64,000 bases of DNA from Schmidtea polychroa (Eukaryota): assembly GCA_044892525.1 (NCBI GenBank), contig CM097887.1:13330001-13394000 (forward strand). Reading direction: 5' to 3'. Positions 12,280-24,852 of the stretch are shown here, piece after piece. Made by a program: the position numbers and the translations under genes. Each line of letters starts with the position of its first letter. Position 1 is the first letter of the stretch. Below the pieces are notes generated by a model. The model ran no database searches. It saw only the letters and a program-made list of their open reading frames with translations, and was not told the origin of the DNA.

Positions 12280-15200
12280 GAAAAAATATTACAAGCATAG
12301 CCATTATCATACCATATTTTTTATTTGCCCTGTTTGTATGACCCCCGAGACTGTAGAAGACATCGAGTTTTATCATAAACATAGGGATCATTTAACTCAG
12401 TATAATTTACCGAAAAAGACCTAATTAAATTATTAAAAATAATATTCGCGATACCAATAAACCCACTATAAATCATAATAATGCTACTACAAGTACTAAT
12501 AATAATAATAAAGTTCCCAATAATAATAATATACCTAATGTAAATAATAATAATAAAAGAAAAATTAATTTACCTAATCTAAAATCCTCTAAATTTGTTA
12601 AAAAGATCTTATCGTTATTTCAGACTCTGATGATGAGGTCATGCCTTTGATAGGTAACNNNNNNNNNNNNNNNNNNNNNNNNNNNNNNNNNNNNNNNNNN
12701 NNNNNNNNNNNNNNNNNNNNNNNNNNNNNNNNNNNNNNNNNNNNNNNNNNNNNNNNNNNNNNNNNNNNNNNNNNNNNNNNNNNNNNNNNNNNNNNNNNNN
12801 NNNNNNNNNNNNNNNNNNNNNAAGTCATTATTAATCAACAAGGTGGTTCACTTGAACCTGAAACCATATTCGATTTAAATAAAACACATGCAGAAGTTAA
12901 AGTAGATGTTTCATCCTTAAATTTGAAAACAGTTTTGAGTCTTATTCAGTTAATAAATGAATTAAATAAAGTTTCATCCTAGATGGGTTCAATAAAAATT
13001 CAATTTTGTTTGAAAGTGGAATTTGAAAAAGATGACGAATTTCAATCATTCGTTATTTCAAATTCTGCTAGACCCGTGACTGATACCTTCTTAGAATTAT
13101 TTGGGGGACAAACAATTAACTTAATTTTGTTAGAAGGTTCTGACACATACCATTACGTAGGTGTTACTAATCTTGATAGACTTTTGAATTGAAACAATTC
13201 TAGTGTAACTGCTGTTAGGATTTGTAGTAAATGGTGTCCGAGATGCTTAAATGGTTTTCGAAATCCTATTTCTTTCATGAGACAAAAGGGTTTGTGTGAT
13301 AAAAATCAGTTAGGGACCACTCTCTTCACATTACCCGAAGATAAATATCTTAGTTTTACAAATTAGTCAAAGATTGTCACTCCTTCATTTGTTTTTTATG
13401 TCGACCTTGAGGCAATTTTGCCTAAAAATAATAACTGCCATCAAAAACATTTACCAATCTCGGCTGGTTTTGTTTTTATAAATAATTTTACAGGGGATAA
13501 ATTTTATAAAAGTTTTATAGGATTGGATTGTGTTAAACAGTTTCTTCATGAACTTGAAGAAATTGGGAAGCAAATAGTGGTTCCATATTTTGAAACAGGA
13601 TATAAGAAAATGATGTTTTTAATAGTATTGACAAAATAAACTTTTCTTCGGCTGTAAATTGTCATTTGTGTAAGAAAACTTTAGTAAATCCAGTAAGAGA
13701 TCATGGTCATTTTTCGGGTAAATATTTAGGTGCAGCTTGCTTAACTTGTAATCTTTCTCGAAGAATTAGACCGGTTTTACCAGTTATTTTTCATAATTTG
13801 AGAGGATATGATCTCCATCATATATCAAATTTGGCTTAGGTAAATTTAAATCATGGAATATTAATTGTATTCCTATAACTAGTGAAAAGATTAAGTTTAT
13901 ATGCAAGAATTGATAGATTAACCATAAAATTTATCGACTCTAGCCAATTTATTAACGATTCTATAAGAAATGCTGTACAAACATTAACGACATTTCCATT
14001 GACTAATTCTGAAGTTAATGGGGTAATTGTTAATAGTAAGGGCATATTCCCATATGATTTTGCAACTAGTCTAGAAGTACTTCAGGGAACTCCCCAATTA
14101 CCACCAATTTGGGATGGTGTTACTGAAGTAGACTATGATATGGCTCAGCGCATTTGGGATGAACATAATTGTAATTCGCTTTTGGATTAAATGATGGTTT
14201 ATTTAAAAATGTCTTTTTATTTGCAGATTATTTCCAACAGTTTAGAGCAAAATCAATAGCTCATAACAGATTGGAACCCTTAAACCTTTTAGGTATTCCT
14301 GGTATGTCATGAAACTCTGCACTCATGACTTTAGATCATCCAATTGAGTTGATTCAAGACATGGAGATTTATAATTTCTTTGAGGGTGGGATTCGAGGGG
14401 ATTAACATTTGTTAATAACATTACGTAAAATCAGATGAAAAGACAGAGTTGCTCTATATAGATATTAACAACCTATATGGTTGGGCACTTAGCCAGAAAC
14501 TACCAGATGGTAATTTTAAGTGGATTAATGATGAAATAAAATTAAATAAAATTTATGAAGATTGTATGAATGTTGACTTGGAATTACTCACATTCGGTTA
14601 TACTGTTGAAGTCTATTTGGAAATTCCAGAATCGATTCATAATAAGCTTGACGATTTCTCTGTTGCAGCTGAAAAGATGCGTGCTCCAGGATCCAAAGTG
14701 GAGAAATTGATGCTTACGCACTATCCCAAAAAGAATTATGTAGTTCATTGAAGACTTCTCCACCTTTATCTAAATATTAGGGTAAAAGTCACTAAAATTC
14801 ATCGCGCTATACAATTCGAACAATCATCAATATTTAAAAATTATATGGATACTAACACAAAACTTAGGGCTTCAGAACACACTAGATAAAAATTATTTTA
14901 AATTATTAAACAACAGTCTATAGGGTAAGACTGTCGAAAACCTAAAGAAACGAATTTATTTAAGACTTTGCAATTCAGCCCAAAAAGTTTTAACATATTG
15001 TTCTAAACCTAATTTCAAAAGGACTACTAAAATCGATGACGACTTAGTATCTGTTCTATTAAGAAAAGATTTAATATGTTTAAATAGACCAAGTTATATT
15101 AGTCAATCAGTTTTGGATTTATCAAAACTTCGTATGAACCAAATTCAGTACATTGATTTAGAAAAATATCGTATAGAATTTAATTGTAAAATTAATATAG

Positions 15201-15790
15201 TTACTGGGGATACAGATTCCTTTTCTTGGAAATTAAAAATTGCAAATTAAATTTTCTTTTACCAGCAATGATAAGGGATAATTTATTAGATACCTCTAAT
15301 TATGGGCCAACACATTCATTATATTCAAAAAACCTTGACTCTGTAATCGGGAAATTTAAAGATGAGAGCAAGGATATGACGAATGATTATTTTTAAGACC
15401 AAAATGTTATAGCATGAAGGGTATTAAGGGATGTATGAAAGCGAAAGGGGTCACAATGAAAGATACTGGACTAACCATCAATCGTATCTGAATTGTTATA
15501 ATAATAATGAGATTTATGCGGTATCCCAATTTAGGATGAGTAAAAACCATCAACTTTTCAGTATTAAAAATAATAAGAGGGCTCTAACTAATGCTGACGA
15601 TAAACGCAATTGGGTAATTAAAAATAAAAGTTATGTATGGTCATTATAGAGGAAGTGGTATGGTTATGGCTGATGATTCTGATGAAGAAATGTTGCTGCC
15701 CATAGTTGATCCAGATGAAGATTTGTAATATCATCCTCATTTTCCGAATGATGATGATGATGGTTATCAATTAATAAATTTTATGATATA
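12280..15790 (+). pseudogene. Protein-primed PolB pseudogene of the decayed Maverick
   Basis: Fragments 13418, 13882, 14449 etc. match PolB (YIDINNLYGWAL); a ~0.47-kb deletion at ~13095 removes the NDECF region. Confidence 0.9.
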
Positions 15791-16053
15791 AAAAATTTGT
15801 TTTTACTCTTTTTTTAAGTGTTACATAAATTTTTATTTTGTTAGTGTTACTTGTGATAGTACACCATTTTTATGTTACTTTTAATAGTACACTATTTTTA
15901 ATATCACTAGTTAGTAAGAAACAAGTCCAATTAAAAAATTAACTATTATTTTTGGAAGCCCTTTGAAGGTTATTGACCCATCATATACCTTCGAGGTAAT
16001 GACCATCATATTTACCTCTCAAATACCTCTTGTTTGATATATATGTTACAGTG

Positions 16054-16565
16054 AATTTGTATTACCAGTGAGAATATATTTTCACTAACGTTTCAGTGAA
16101 TTCATATCCGAATACGTTTTCACCAGTGGAAATATATTTCTACTGGTGAAAATATAACTTCACTAGCAAGTTTTAGTGAATGTGTATTCTACCCTAACCT
16201 ATAATTGAATGTCAGTTTGACAGTTGCGTGTTTTTTTGTTTTCATTTGTGTCAACCGCTCCAGTTATTACTAGTCTGTAGACTGCCGAGTTAAAAAGTTA
16301 AAAACATTGAATGATATATTAATTTATTTTGAACTTACACATTAAATCTAATTACATATTTAGAAAAATTAAAAAACTTTTTTGCAGCTAGTTGAAAGAA
16401 GGGCGACACATCGACACTTAGGGCCAAATATTTCCACGCGGCGATTTCTCGCTTGTCAATGAATACAAACTCACTAAATGTAACCAGTGAATTTATATCT
16501 TCATTGTTAGATATACATTCACTGACCGACTTAGCGAAAATATATTCTCACTGGTAATACAAATT
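16054..16565. mobile_element. MITE-like element with ~35-bp inverted ends
   Basis: AATTTGTATTACCAGTGAGAATATATTTTC(A/G)CTAA inverted at both ends, no ORF. Confidence 0.6.
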
Positions 16566-17259
16566 TTTTGACCTTTTGAAGGTTATTGACCCACCATATT
16601 ATTGTTTAATTAATGTATTGNNNNNNNNNNNNNNNNNNNNNNNNNNNNNNNNNNNNNNNNNNNNNNNNNNNNNNNNNNNNNNNNNNNNNNNNNNNNNNNN
16701 NNNNNNNNNNNNNNNNNNNNNNNNNNNNNNNNNNNNNNNNNNNNNNNNNNNNNNNNNNNNNNNNNNNNNNNNNATTCACATTATAAAGACATGTTCCAAT
16801 CATGCACATGTCACGTGTAATTTAACAAAGATGTCTTTATGTGAGTAACAAAGACATTATTTGTTACTATGTGAGTAATCGATGACTCATCATTTTAGAA
16901 CAAAGCATGGAGTATGTGTGCGTATATTTCCCTATCCTATCGGTATTCTGATTGGATATGTTACATATACGTTACATATGCTTTGTAATTCATTTTTCAA
17001 AATGCTCGTGGATCGATAAGTAAATTTTAATTATTATGTTTTCTAGGAATTATGAAACCAATTTATGAAATTTTGTTATGAATTATGAAACCAATTTTTA
17101 TGAAACCGATTTATGAATTATGAAACCAATTTATGAAATATGAACCCAATTTTTATGAAGAAATGGGTGTTTTTATTATTATTATTATTCTGTAACGACA
17201 TATTATCGGATACTATAATTTTTGATTTACCAAAAAAAAGAAGTAATTGTTCTAAAAAA

Positions 17260-17580
17260 TAGATGAGTCGTGTGATGAGTCATTGTCTTTGTTAGAAAAA
17301 TAAATGATGCATGGTTTTTGTTCTAAAAAGGATGAGCCCCCACTTAAACGATGAGTCATTTTCTTTGTTTAAAAAATGATTATTCATCGTCTTTGTTAAG
17401 AAATGATGAGTCACATGTCCTTCAAAAATCATCGGATCAAAAATGTTACTAAAAAATCCAAAAAAAATATGTCTGTCACTAAAATTAGATGAGTCGTCGA
17501 CGAGTCATATGACCTAATTACTAAAAATAGAATGATCTTGATCTAGTTACTGAAAGTAAAATGACCTTGATGAGTCATCG
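17260..17580. repeat. Degenerate GATGAGTCA / ATGACCT motif array (Maverick-terminal-like)
   Basis: Repeated GATGAGTC units ending ATGACCTTGATGAGTCATCG, the same unit as at 8735-9015. Confidence 0.5.
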
Positions 17581-19776
17581 GGAGATTGCAAAAAATGACA
17601 ATCACTCTACTTACATATTCACCTTCCTTATACTCAAACCTCTGGAGAAATGACAAATGATCATAATCTAACATTACCATTAAAACTCTCATAGGCAAAA
17701 AACGAAAGCTTTTCATTAAACTGTAAAGAAAACTATCTAGTAACAATTATGTTGAATTATTGGAGTTAATTTGTTGTAATTGCAACTGGTACGATTTATT
17801 GCGATTATTAAATAAAGGTTTCTCTTGTCCGGGATTGGTAATTTGTGAATTAATAAAACACGCTTTGGAGTCATAGTGAAAATTTAAATTTACAAATATT
17901 ACAAACACATTGAAGAAGTCGTTGCGGCATACAGTCGAACTAAAATCCTGGTGTTCCTTCGTGCAATGCCGCATCTGTCTTACTCATAATTTGAGACACA
18001 CTATCTTAAATAAACTTTGAAATGATTAAATTTATTTTATGAAAGTGAACTATGTATTAAATGTCGCGGTATCCAACGTCGTGGGATTATATGTCGTTGG
18101 GATTATTTGTCGTAGGGATTTCTTGACGTAAGGAATAAATGTCACGTATTAAAAGTTGTGGATTTGATATACCTAGCCGCTGAACAATTCAGCTCTGCCA
18201 GTGCTTGGCAAGTTTTCAGAACCCCAAGCAGGTTCTCAAACTGTCATCACTTAGACTAGTTGTCTAGTTCAGCTTAATCGGTCGTTTTCCTTGGTAGTGA
18301 CTATGGTGTACTCCAATTTATTTATTTTTTATTCAAAATCGGGAACAACAAAAGAAAATGTAGAACCACAACGGAATGGACATCAATGAATTATAATAAA
18401 CCGAGCAAGCTCCATGTAGCCGCCGCAGTGTACCTAAATATAATAAATTTTTTGATCAATGTTTTTATTGTTATCAATTGTGATATTTTCCATTAGCGCG
18501 ATTTATATGGACTGTGGATGAGGTATGAATGTTATTATTATGTTGAGTGAATTTGGGTTATTTAATAATGTGTTGATACACCCAAACGCAGTTGATAAGC
18601 GCCTTATGCACTTTATTAGACCCCAATGGGCTCCATCGCAGACAACCAAAAATTATGTGTCAAAAACATGGGCTGATGTTTGGTACATCATGGAGTTTGC
18701 TGAGACGATCATATATACATAAAAAAATTTCTTTATATACATTAAAAATTGATCAATTTAGGCAACTTTGCTTTCGTATTAAATTCAAATTACTTGAAAT
18801 TAATTAGTAAATGAGCTATTCGGGAACATCGGGCAGGGATCTCCCTTTATTTTATTCTTTAATTAAGTCAGTAGTTTGTTTATTTCCGAATGAATAACTC
18901 TAGTTTTATATCAACCTAAACTTTTAATTTTAAATTTAGATTAATTTTATAAAAAAAAATTTTATATGAGAATTTTAACATTTTTGTGTTTTTAAAATTA
19001 AATTAATTTTTGTATGATTAAACAAAATGTTTTTTTTTAAATTACTTTATGATACAGTATTAATATGATTATTAGATAATTTGGTTAAATATTATTATTT
19101 TCATTTGGTTGTGATTAATACGATTCCTAGCCTGAAGAAAACTGCTAAACGGTCGCAATATATAGCAATGTTATATTTTAATATACTTGGCGATTTTCGA
19201 TTAGTTTTATATTATAAACTTAATACTAAACTTTTGAATGCAGTTTATATCAAGATGAACCATCTAATGCTAATGATAGGTTACTTATTTTGTAAATTGC
19301 ATGAGTGGGGTGTATTACTGGAAAGTGGGAATGGTTAAAAAATTGGATGGACCTATCCCATAGTCAGATTCATGTGTTCCAGTTTTGTCACGCACTCTTA
19401 ATAATTATGCATCTGGATTGGAATTGCTACGGGTGGTTTTTGAGTAATTGGAATTATTTTCAAGACTACAGAATATAATGTGATTTATGGCGCTACATCA
19501 GCCTTTCCACAAGTTTTGAGATTGTAAAGTAATTAAGATTATTCCTACAGTCTCTGGGCTATAGATAGGTATTTAATTGGGTTAAGTTGCGTAAACCACC
19601 GACAATTAAAAAATTAAAATGTACATTTTTAATAAATTTAGTAATATAAAAATATTAAATTATCAATTTATCGATAGGTCTACTGTTTGCCGATACCACT
19701 TAATTGGAGTTTAGCAAAATCCTGCAGATCGGTAACCGATCCAAAAGTCGGCTAAGTCTATATATATATATATATA

Positions 19777-20990
19777 CAGTAGATTTCGCTTATAGAGAAC
19801 TTGCATAAAGAGAACAAAATCGGTTAAAGAGAATTTTTTGGTTTAAAAACGGCATTTACCCCAATTTTTCAGTGTAAATGTTCTCTTTAACCGATCATCG
19901 GTTAAAGAGAACATTTTTTTTATTTTGGGTTTATTTTTTTCGAAAAACAGTTTATTTTAGACAGTAAACATATTATTTAATTATTTTTGTTTTAAAAAGG
20001 TAATTGATTAAATGGTAACCTGATTAAAGGTTATTTGATTAATTGAAAATATTATTTTACTTAAAAATTTTAGGCCATAATGAAATCAAGTTCTAGGACA
20101 ATTCTAACACTCAAACAGAAATTTGAAATCATAGCACTTTTTGAGAAAGGAGAAAGCCAAGCATCATTGGCCAGAAAATATAAAATATCACCTTCATCAA
20201 TATCAAACATTTGTCACAAGAAAAGGGAAGAAATACTTGAGGCCTACAGTTTCATCCAAGAAACTGAAACAATCTTTTCATGATGATTTAGATATTCAGT
20301 TAAGGGATTGGTATTTGCTGCAACGATCCAAAAAGATTCCCATTAACAGTGTATTACTTATTGAAAAAGCTGATCAAATTGCCAAATACCTAAAGATTCA
20401 AGATTTTACTTGCACAATGAGTTGGATCCAACGTTTTAAAACTCGGCATTCTCTTGTTTTCGGATCTATTTCTGGAGAAGCTGGTGATGTAAATAATGAG
20501 TTGGTGGCGTCGTGACTTAAAAATGAGTGGCCGGAAATTAGGAAAGGTTATGGTAACAAAGATATTTTTAATGCAGACGAAACGGGATTATTTTACAGGC
20601 TTTTACCAAATAAAACAATTAAGGTTAAAGGAGAAAGGTGCGTTGGAGGTCAGTTATCTAAGGATAGGATAACTTTGTTATTTTGTGCAAGTATGGAAGG
20701 TGAAAAATTGCCTTCATTAATAATTGGAAAATCAAAAAATCCCCGATGTTTTAAAAATGTTGATATTACTTCCCTAAATTATAAAAACAATCAGAATGCA
20801 TGGATGACGTCAATACTTTTTTCAAATTGGATTGTGTCATGGGATTCTAAATTAAGAAGTATTGGAAGAAATATTATTTTATTAGTAGATAATTGTTCTT
20901 CCCATCCTCCGTTAGGTCAATCTTTAACAAATATTGATCTAATTTTTATGCCTCCAAATACCACAAGTAAGTTACAGCCTTTAGAGTTAT
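19777..20990 (+). pseudogene. 3'-truncated Tigger/pogo transposon with disrupted transposase
   Basis: TA-CAGTAGATTTCGCTTATAGAG left end; fragments LTLKQKFEII (HTH), SWIQRFKTRH, IFNADETGLFY, LLVDNCSSH, QPL; stops and frameshifts; no right TIR found. Confidence 0.8.
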
Positions 20991-21009
20991 CAAGTTGTAA
21001 ACAAAAACT

Positions 21010-21400
21010 CCAATTCCAACTCCAATTATTAACTAAATTTTCAAATCCATTATAAAAGTAGAAATCAAGTTCAAACCCAATTGTAAGTCAAGGATTGAGC
21101 TCTGTTACTAGAACAAGAATAAAGTTAAAAATAAAGTCTCCAATACCAACTGTTAACTAAATATCCAAATCCCTTATAGAAGTAGAAATAGTTCAAACCT
21201 AATTGTAAGTCAAGGATTGAGCTATGTTATTAGAACAAGGATAAAGTTGAAAATAAAGTCTACAATACCAACTGTTAATTAAATATCCAAATCCCTTATA
21301 AAAGTAAAAGTCAAGTTCAGACCCAATTACAAGCCAAGGATAGAGTTCGGATACGATAACAAAAGTCAAAGTTGAAATAATCGAACACAGTATTAATACT
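21010..21400. repeat. ~125-bp tandem repeat, about 3 diverged units
   Basis: Recurring AACTAAAT..CCAAATCCCTTATA..AGTTCAAACC..AATTGTAAGTCAAGGATTGAGC. Confidence 0.7.
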
Positions 21401-23692
21401 AAAGAAGATTTGAATTCAAGCTAATCTATTTTAAACTGCAAGCTTCCAATCCTATCTCTAGGCAAAGGACCAGATCCAAATCCTAGTCAAACTATTTCCG
21501 AACTCAAGGTTTTAGAATTTTTATTTTTGAATAAAAGTTTTTGTCATAATCTATATTATTGTTAGTTATTATTTTTATTTTTTATTCATTATACAGCACT
21601 CACCCCGATTGTCCCAATACATTTTTATCGGTGACTCTTTCGGGCTCAACAATTTTCTTATCAAACACACACTTAACACATATCTTTGTTTATTTCGTGT
21701 TATACTTGCATTTATTAATTATTTTAATTTACTTTTATGTTACTAGATTTTCGCGCAATGCTCGCTCATTTTCCGTGTTTACTTTGTGGTTTTCTACATG
21801 TTTTGAATTTAAATCCATTTGAGACTATGTTTGCATGTTATATTTAACACATTTCGGTGTAAATTTCAAGGTTGCTTTGGGTCAAAATGAGTTTTTGCCT
21901 AACGATAAAGATATTATAAAAAATTGAAAATTATATATTCTGTAGAAATAACAATCTTATGCATAAAATGTTGATTAATTACAATTTTTTAATTAATAAT
22001 ATTCGTATACAATATTATTGCATTCTACTTGAATTATTAAAGGATAGTAAAGATATTTAGTAGGAAGGTATGCTAGGGGTGATTGGCATTTTCCATTTTG
22101 TGTAATGGGTTAGCAATATTCTTATTAATCAAATTCCTACCATAATACGATAGGCAAACAACAGTGGTGAGCAATTGAAACGAGTCAAAAAAGACAACCT
22201 CTAAAAGTTACATTGACAACAAACAAACGGTTTAAAAATTTTAACCCATAATATAAAGAAACACGTGTCATAATAACACTACATATAGTTATTCTTTTTA
22301 TGACGTATCAGTATTTCTGATGACTTTTAAATGACTTCTAAAATTAGTAATTTATTTATACATTTAGTAATTATTTAAAATAAAATTTTTTATATAAATC
22401 CTTGAATTTTAGTTTTGGGGCGGAAAAATTAATCAATTTGCAGAAAAATATTTAGTAGGAATAAAATTATATTTAATTCGTGACACGAAACTAAGACAGA
22501 GAAGTAAAAATTAGAAAAGGGGAAAATGTGCTTGAAATTTTATTCCTACAGTGAAAACCAGATAGAAAATATCGTTTTCAATTGAGAAAGCTGAAGAAAA
22601 ATCCCTCATTTATTTAACGGTTAATAATTTTAGATGAGAAAACGAATTACGTGAAAATATACAGCAGGAAGTGTTCAAAAGAAACTTTAGTCACGGTCGA
22701 ATCACGGGGCATTAAAATTATTTTTTGAGATATTTATCATTCTCATTTTTAAAAAAGTAATTTGTAAATTTGAAGTTTTTTCTGTGTCTGAATTTGTTTT
22801 ATCATTAAATATGTTTCTAAGAATATTTCTAAAATGAAAATTAAATACTCTATTAATTTGCCTAAGGTCAAAGCTTCACAGTTAAGTCGATTAAATAAAC
22901 AATCGACATTTAATTTTCAAATTGAATAAAGATTATAATCTATAATAAGTGTTCTATTTTAAATAAGTCAGATGTAACTGGTGTCTACGCTGAAAATCAG
23001 AGTATCAGTACCGTCTCAAAAGCAACCAAATCTTTGATAGAATTGTTGAGGTACCACTCGGTTGACTACTCTACATTAGTGGCTGGCCTAAGGGTTGATT
23101 GTCCATCTCGCATAGAATTCGTTTTTACCTTTTCAACTCGGAGAGGAACCCCACATAACTTACCCTCCAACATAGTGCCCGTGAATTACTTCACGTTGGT
23201 ACTGCACTATGCAGGCGAGACGCCAGCAAGCAGGTGAGCTTCTGCCTTAAAACTACTCCTTGCTGAGGCCTCGACTTTCCACACCTGACTGCCGATGGAA
23301 GGACTTACGTCTAACAACACTATCAGACCCTTCGCTCGGTATTACGCCGGATGCAAATTGACGGATACTCCCCAAAATGAGCAAACTTTCATATATTTAA
23401 ATATCGTTACTAATTCCTTACAAAGAAGACATCATAACAAAAGGAAAAATAAAAATGTATTATCCCAACAATTACTCAGATGACTACATACTACAAGTGT
23501 ATTTACATAAGGAAGGAGGAGACACACATGGATTGTAGTTCATAAGATCTGTCGAATATCTCACTGTGGGACCTCATTTTTCCCATTCGGTGACTGCTAA
23601 GAGCTCTTCCAAGTCGAAGAATTCGGAGGCATTCTCCTCCCAGGTCACACCAGCGGCGGAGATGATTCGCCCTGGGACCCCGACTGTCAAAT

Positions 23693-24313
23693 CTACGACT
23701 GTAGGATGAGTATTATCGCTGACTGGGTTGTCCGTTGGAGTTTTACTCGGCTTAGCAGATGTTCGCTCACGTTGCCTTTTCTTACGCTCGGCACGCGATA
23801 GCTGTTTGCGTTTAGGTTTTCCGGCAGTTGAGACATGCTTGATGTTGATGCACTAACGGTCGGCGCCTTGCTAGAACCCATAAATATGACGCCTGACCGT
23901 TTGGGAGAAAGTTCCGTTTCGACACACTTCAGACAAGGTCTCTTGACGGGAGGTGACGATTTTGAAGAAACATCGTGATGGGGTGGAAAAAGGTTGTCGG
24001 CTTCTTTAATGGGAATTTGGACAATCTTTCGTGTGGTGGCTGCCTGGAGATAGACTTTATGCAGCGCTTCGGACTGCTCTTTGATCAGACTTCTTTGGGC
24101 ACGGCTCTCAGAGATTAGAGCGTCCCGACAGTGCTCGATGCGATACAGCTTTTTCCGTGTTTCTTTCATCTGAGTAGGGCTAAACCAAGTGCCCTCCAAC
24201 TCATCTATCTTCCTTTTATACCGCCCGATCTGGGCTTGCAGATCTTTGATAATTGCATTTTTGTCCGAGCAAGAGAAGCAAGGACGCAAAGTGGGTTTAG
24301 TCGATGGCAACAT
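23693..24313 (-). CDS. Hypothetical 206-aa ORF in a GC-richer island (coiled-coil-like; possibly a retroelement accessory ORF)
   Basis: Open for 206 codons with markedly higher GC than flanks; no recognisable family motif; TTG start. Confidence 0.3.
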   Translation of the reverse strand: MLPSTKPTLRPCFSCSDKNAIIKDLQAQIGRYKRKIDELEGTWFSPTQMKETRKKLYRIEHCRDALISESRAQRSLIKEQSEALHKVYLQAATTRKIVQIPIKEADNLFPPHHDVSSKSSPPVKRPCLKCVETELSPKRSGVIFMGSSKAPTVSASTSSMSQLPENLNANSYRVPSVRKGNVSEHLLSRVKLQRTTQSAIILILQS

Positions 24314-24852
24314 TTTGAATAGCTAAACAGAAGGAACCATGATTACTACCATATATTATATTCACGAAATCGTTGTTAGAGTGTGGGGTGGGTTACTATC
24401 GGACATTCGATGATAACTCGTTTGGAATAGATGAGAGAAAAGAAAAGACCTTCCCCTAGATTAAGGTATTAGTAAAATAATCGTTTTCCCAGGAAAATTA
24501 CTGGTCTTACTATATATATCATTGCATTGCCGGATACATACTGGTTATCAAAATCCTGAATTAATTGATTGATTGCTATCTTAATTTCTCTAAAGTTTTC
24601 CAAACTAGTTATTACTACCGACCCCTTAATATACAGTACCGCATATTACCCCAAATTAATCGTTCCCGAAACATACCTGAATATCGTTCGCTACCTTTGA
24701 GTACAGTTTAAAAATACCTTTGATTAGCAAACTAAGTTTTTTCATTATCAAAATGTGCGCAATTATCAATAAGACCAGGGGTCTCAAACACGCGGCCCGC
24801 AACGAAAAAACATAGTTTTGTAATTTAACCAAACTTATTTAACAATTAAAAT

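Larger units (their letters stand above)
9115..15915 (+). mobile_element. Decayed partial Maverick/Polinton copy, inverted relative to the complete element
   Basis: Colinear homology to 40950-34750 of the complete element: MCP 3' end, protease, DEDD-like gene, spliced Asn-rich gene, PolB, then the inner TIR edge (TGTTACTTGTGATAGTACAC); many stops and frameshifts. Confidence 0.93.

Noticed and set aside
17543-19338. Short ORFs possibly representing host exons
   Set aside because: No recognisable domain and no consistent splice chain could be built
21595-21660. CACCCCGATTGTCCC motif shared with ~48420-48480
   Set aside because: Likely a dispersed repeat end, but no partner TIR or TSD found, so not classifiable
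22979-22995. TGGTGTC after TGTAAC as a possible LTR end and primer-binding site
   Set aside because: No matching second LTR or gag-pol could be tied to it
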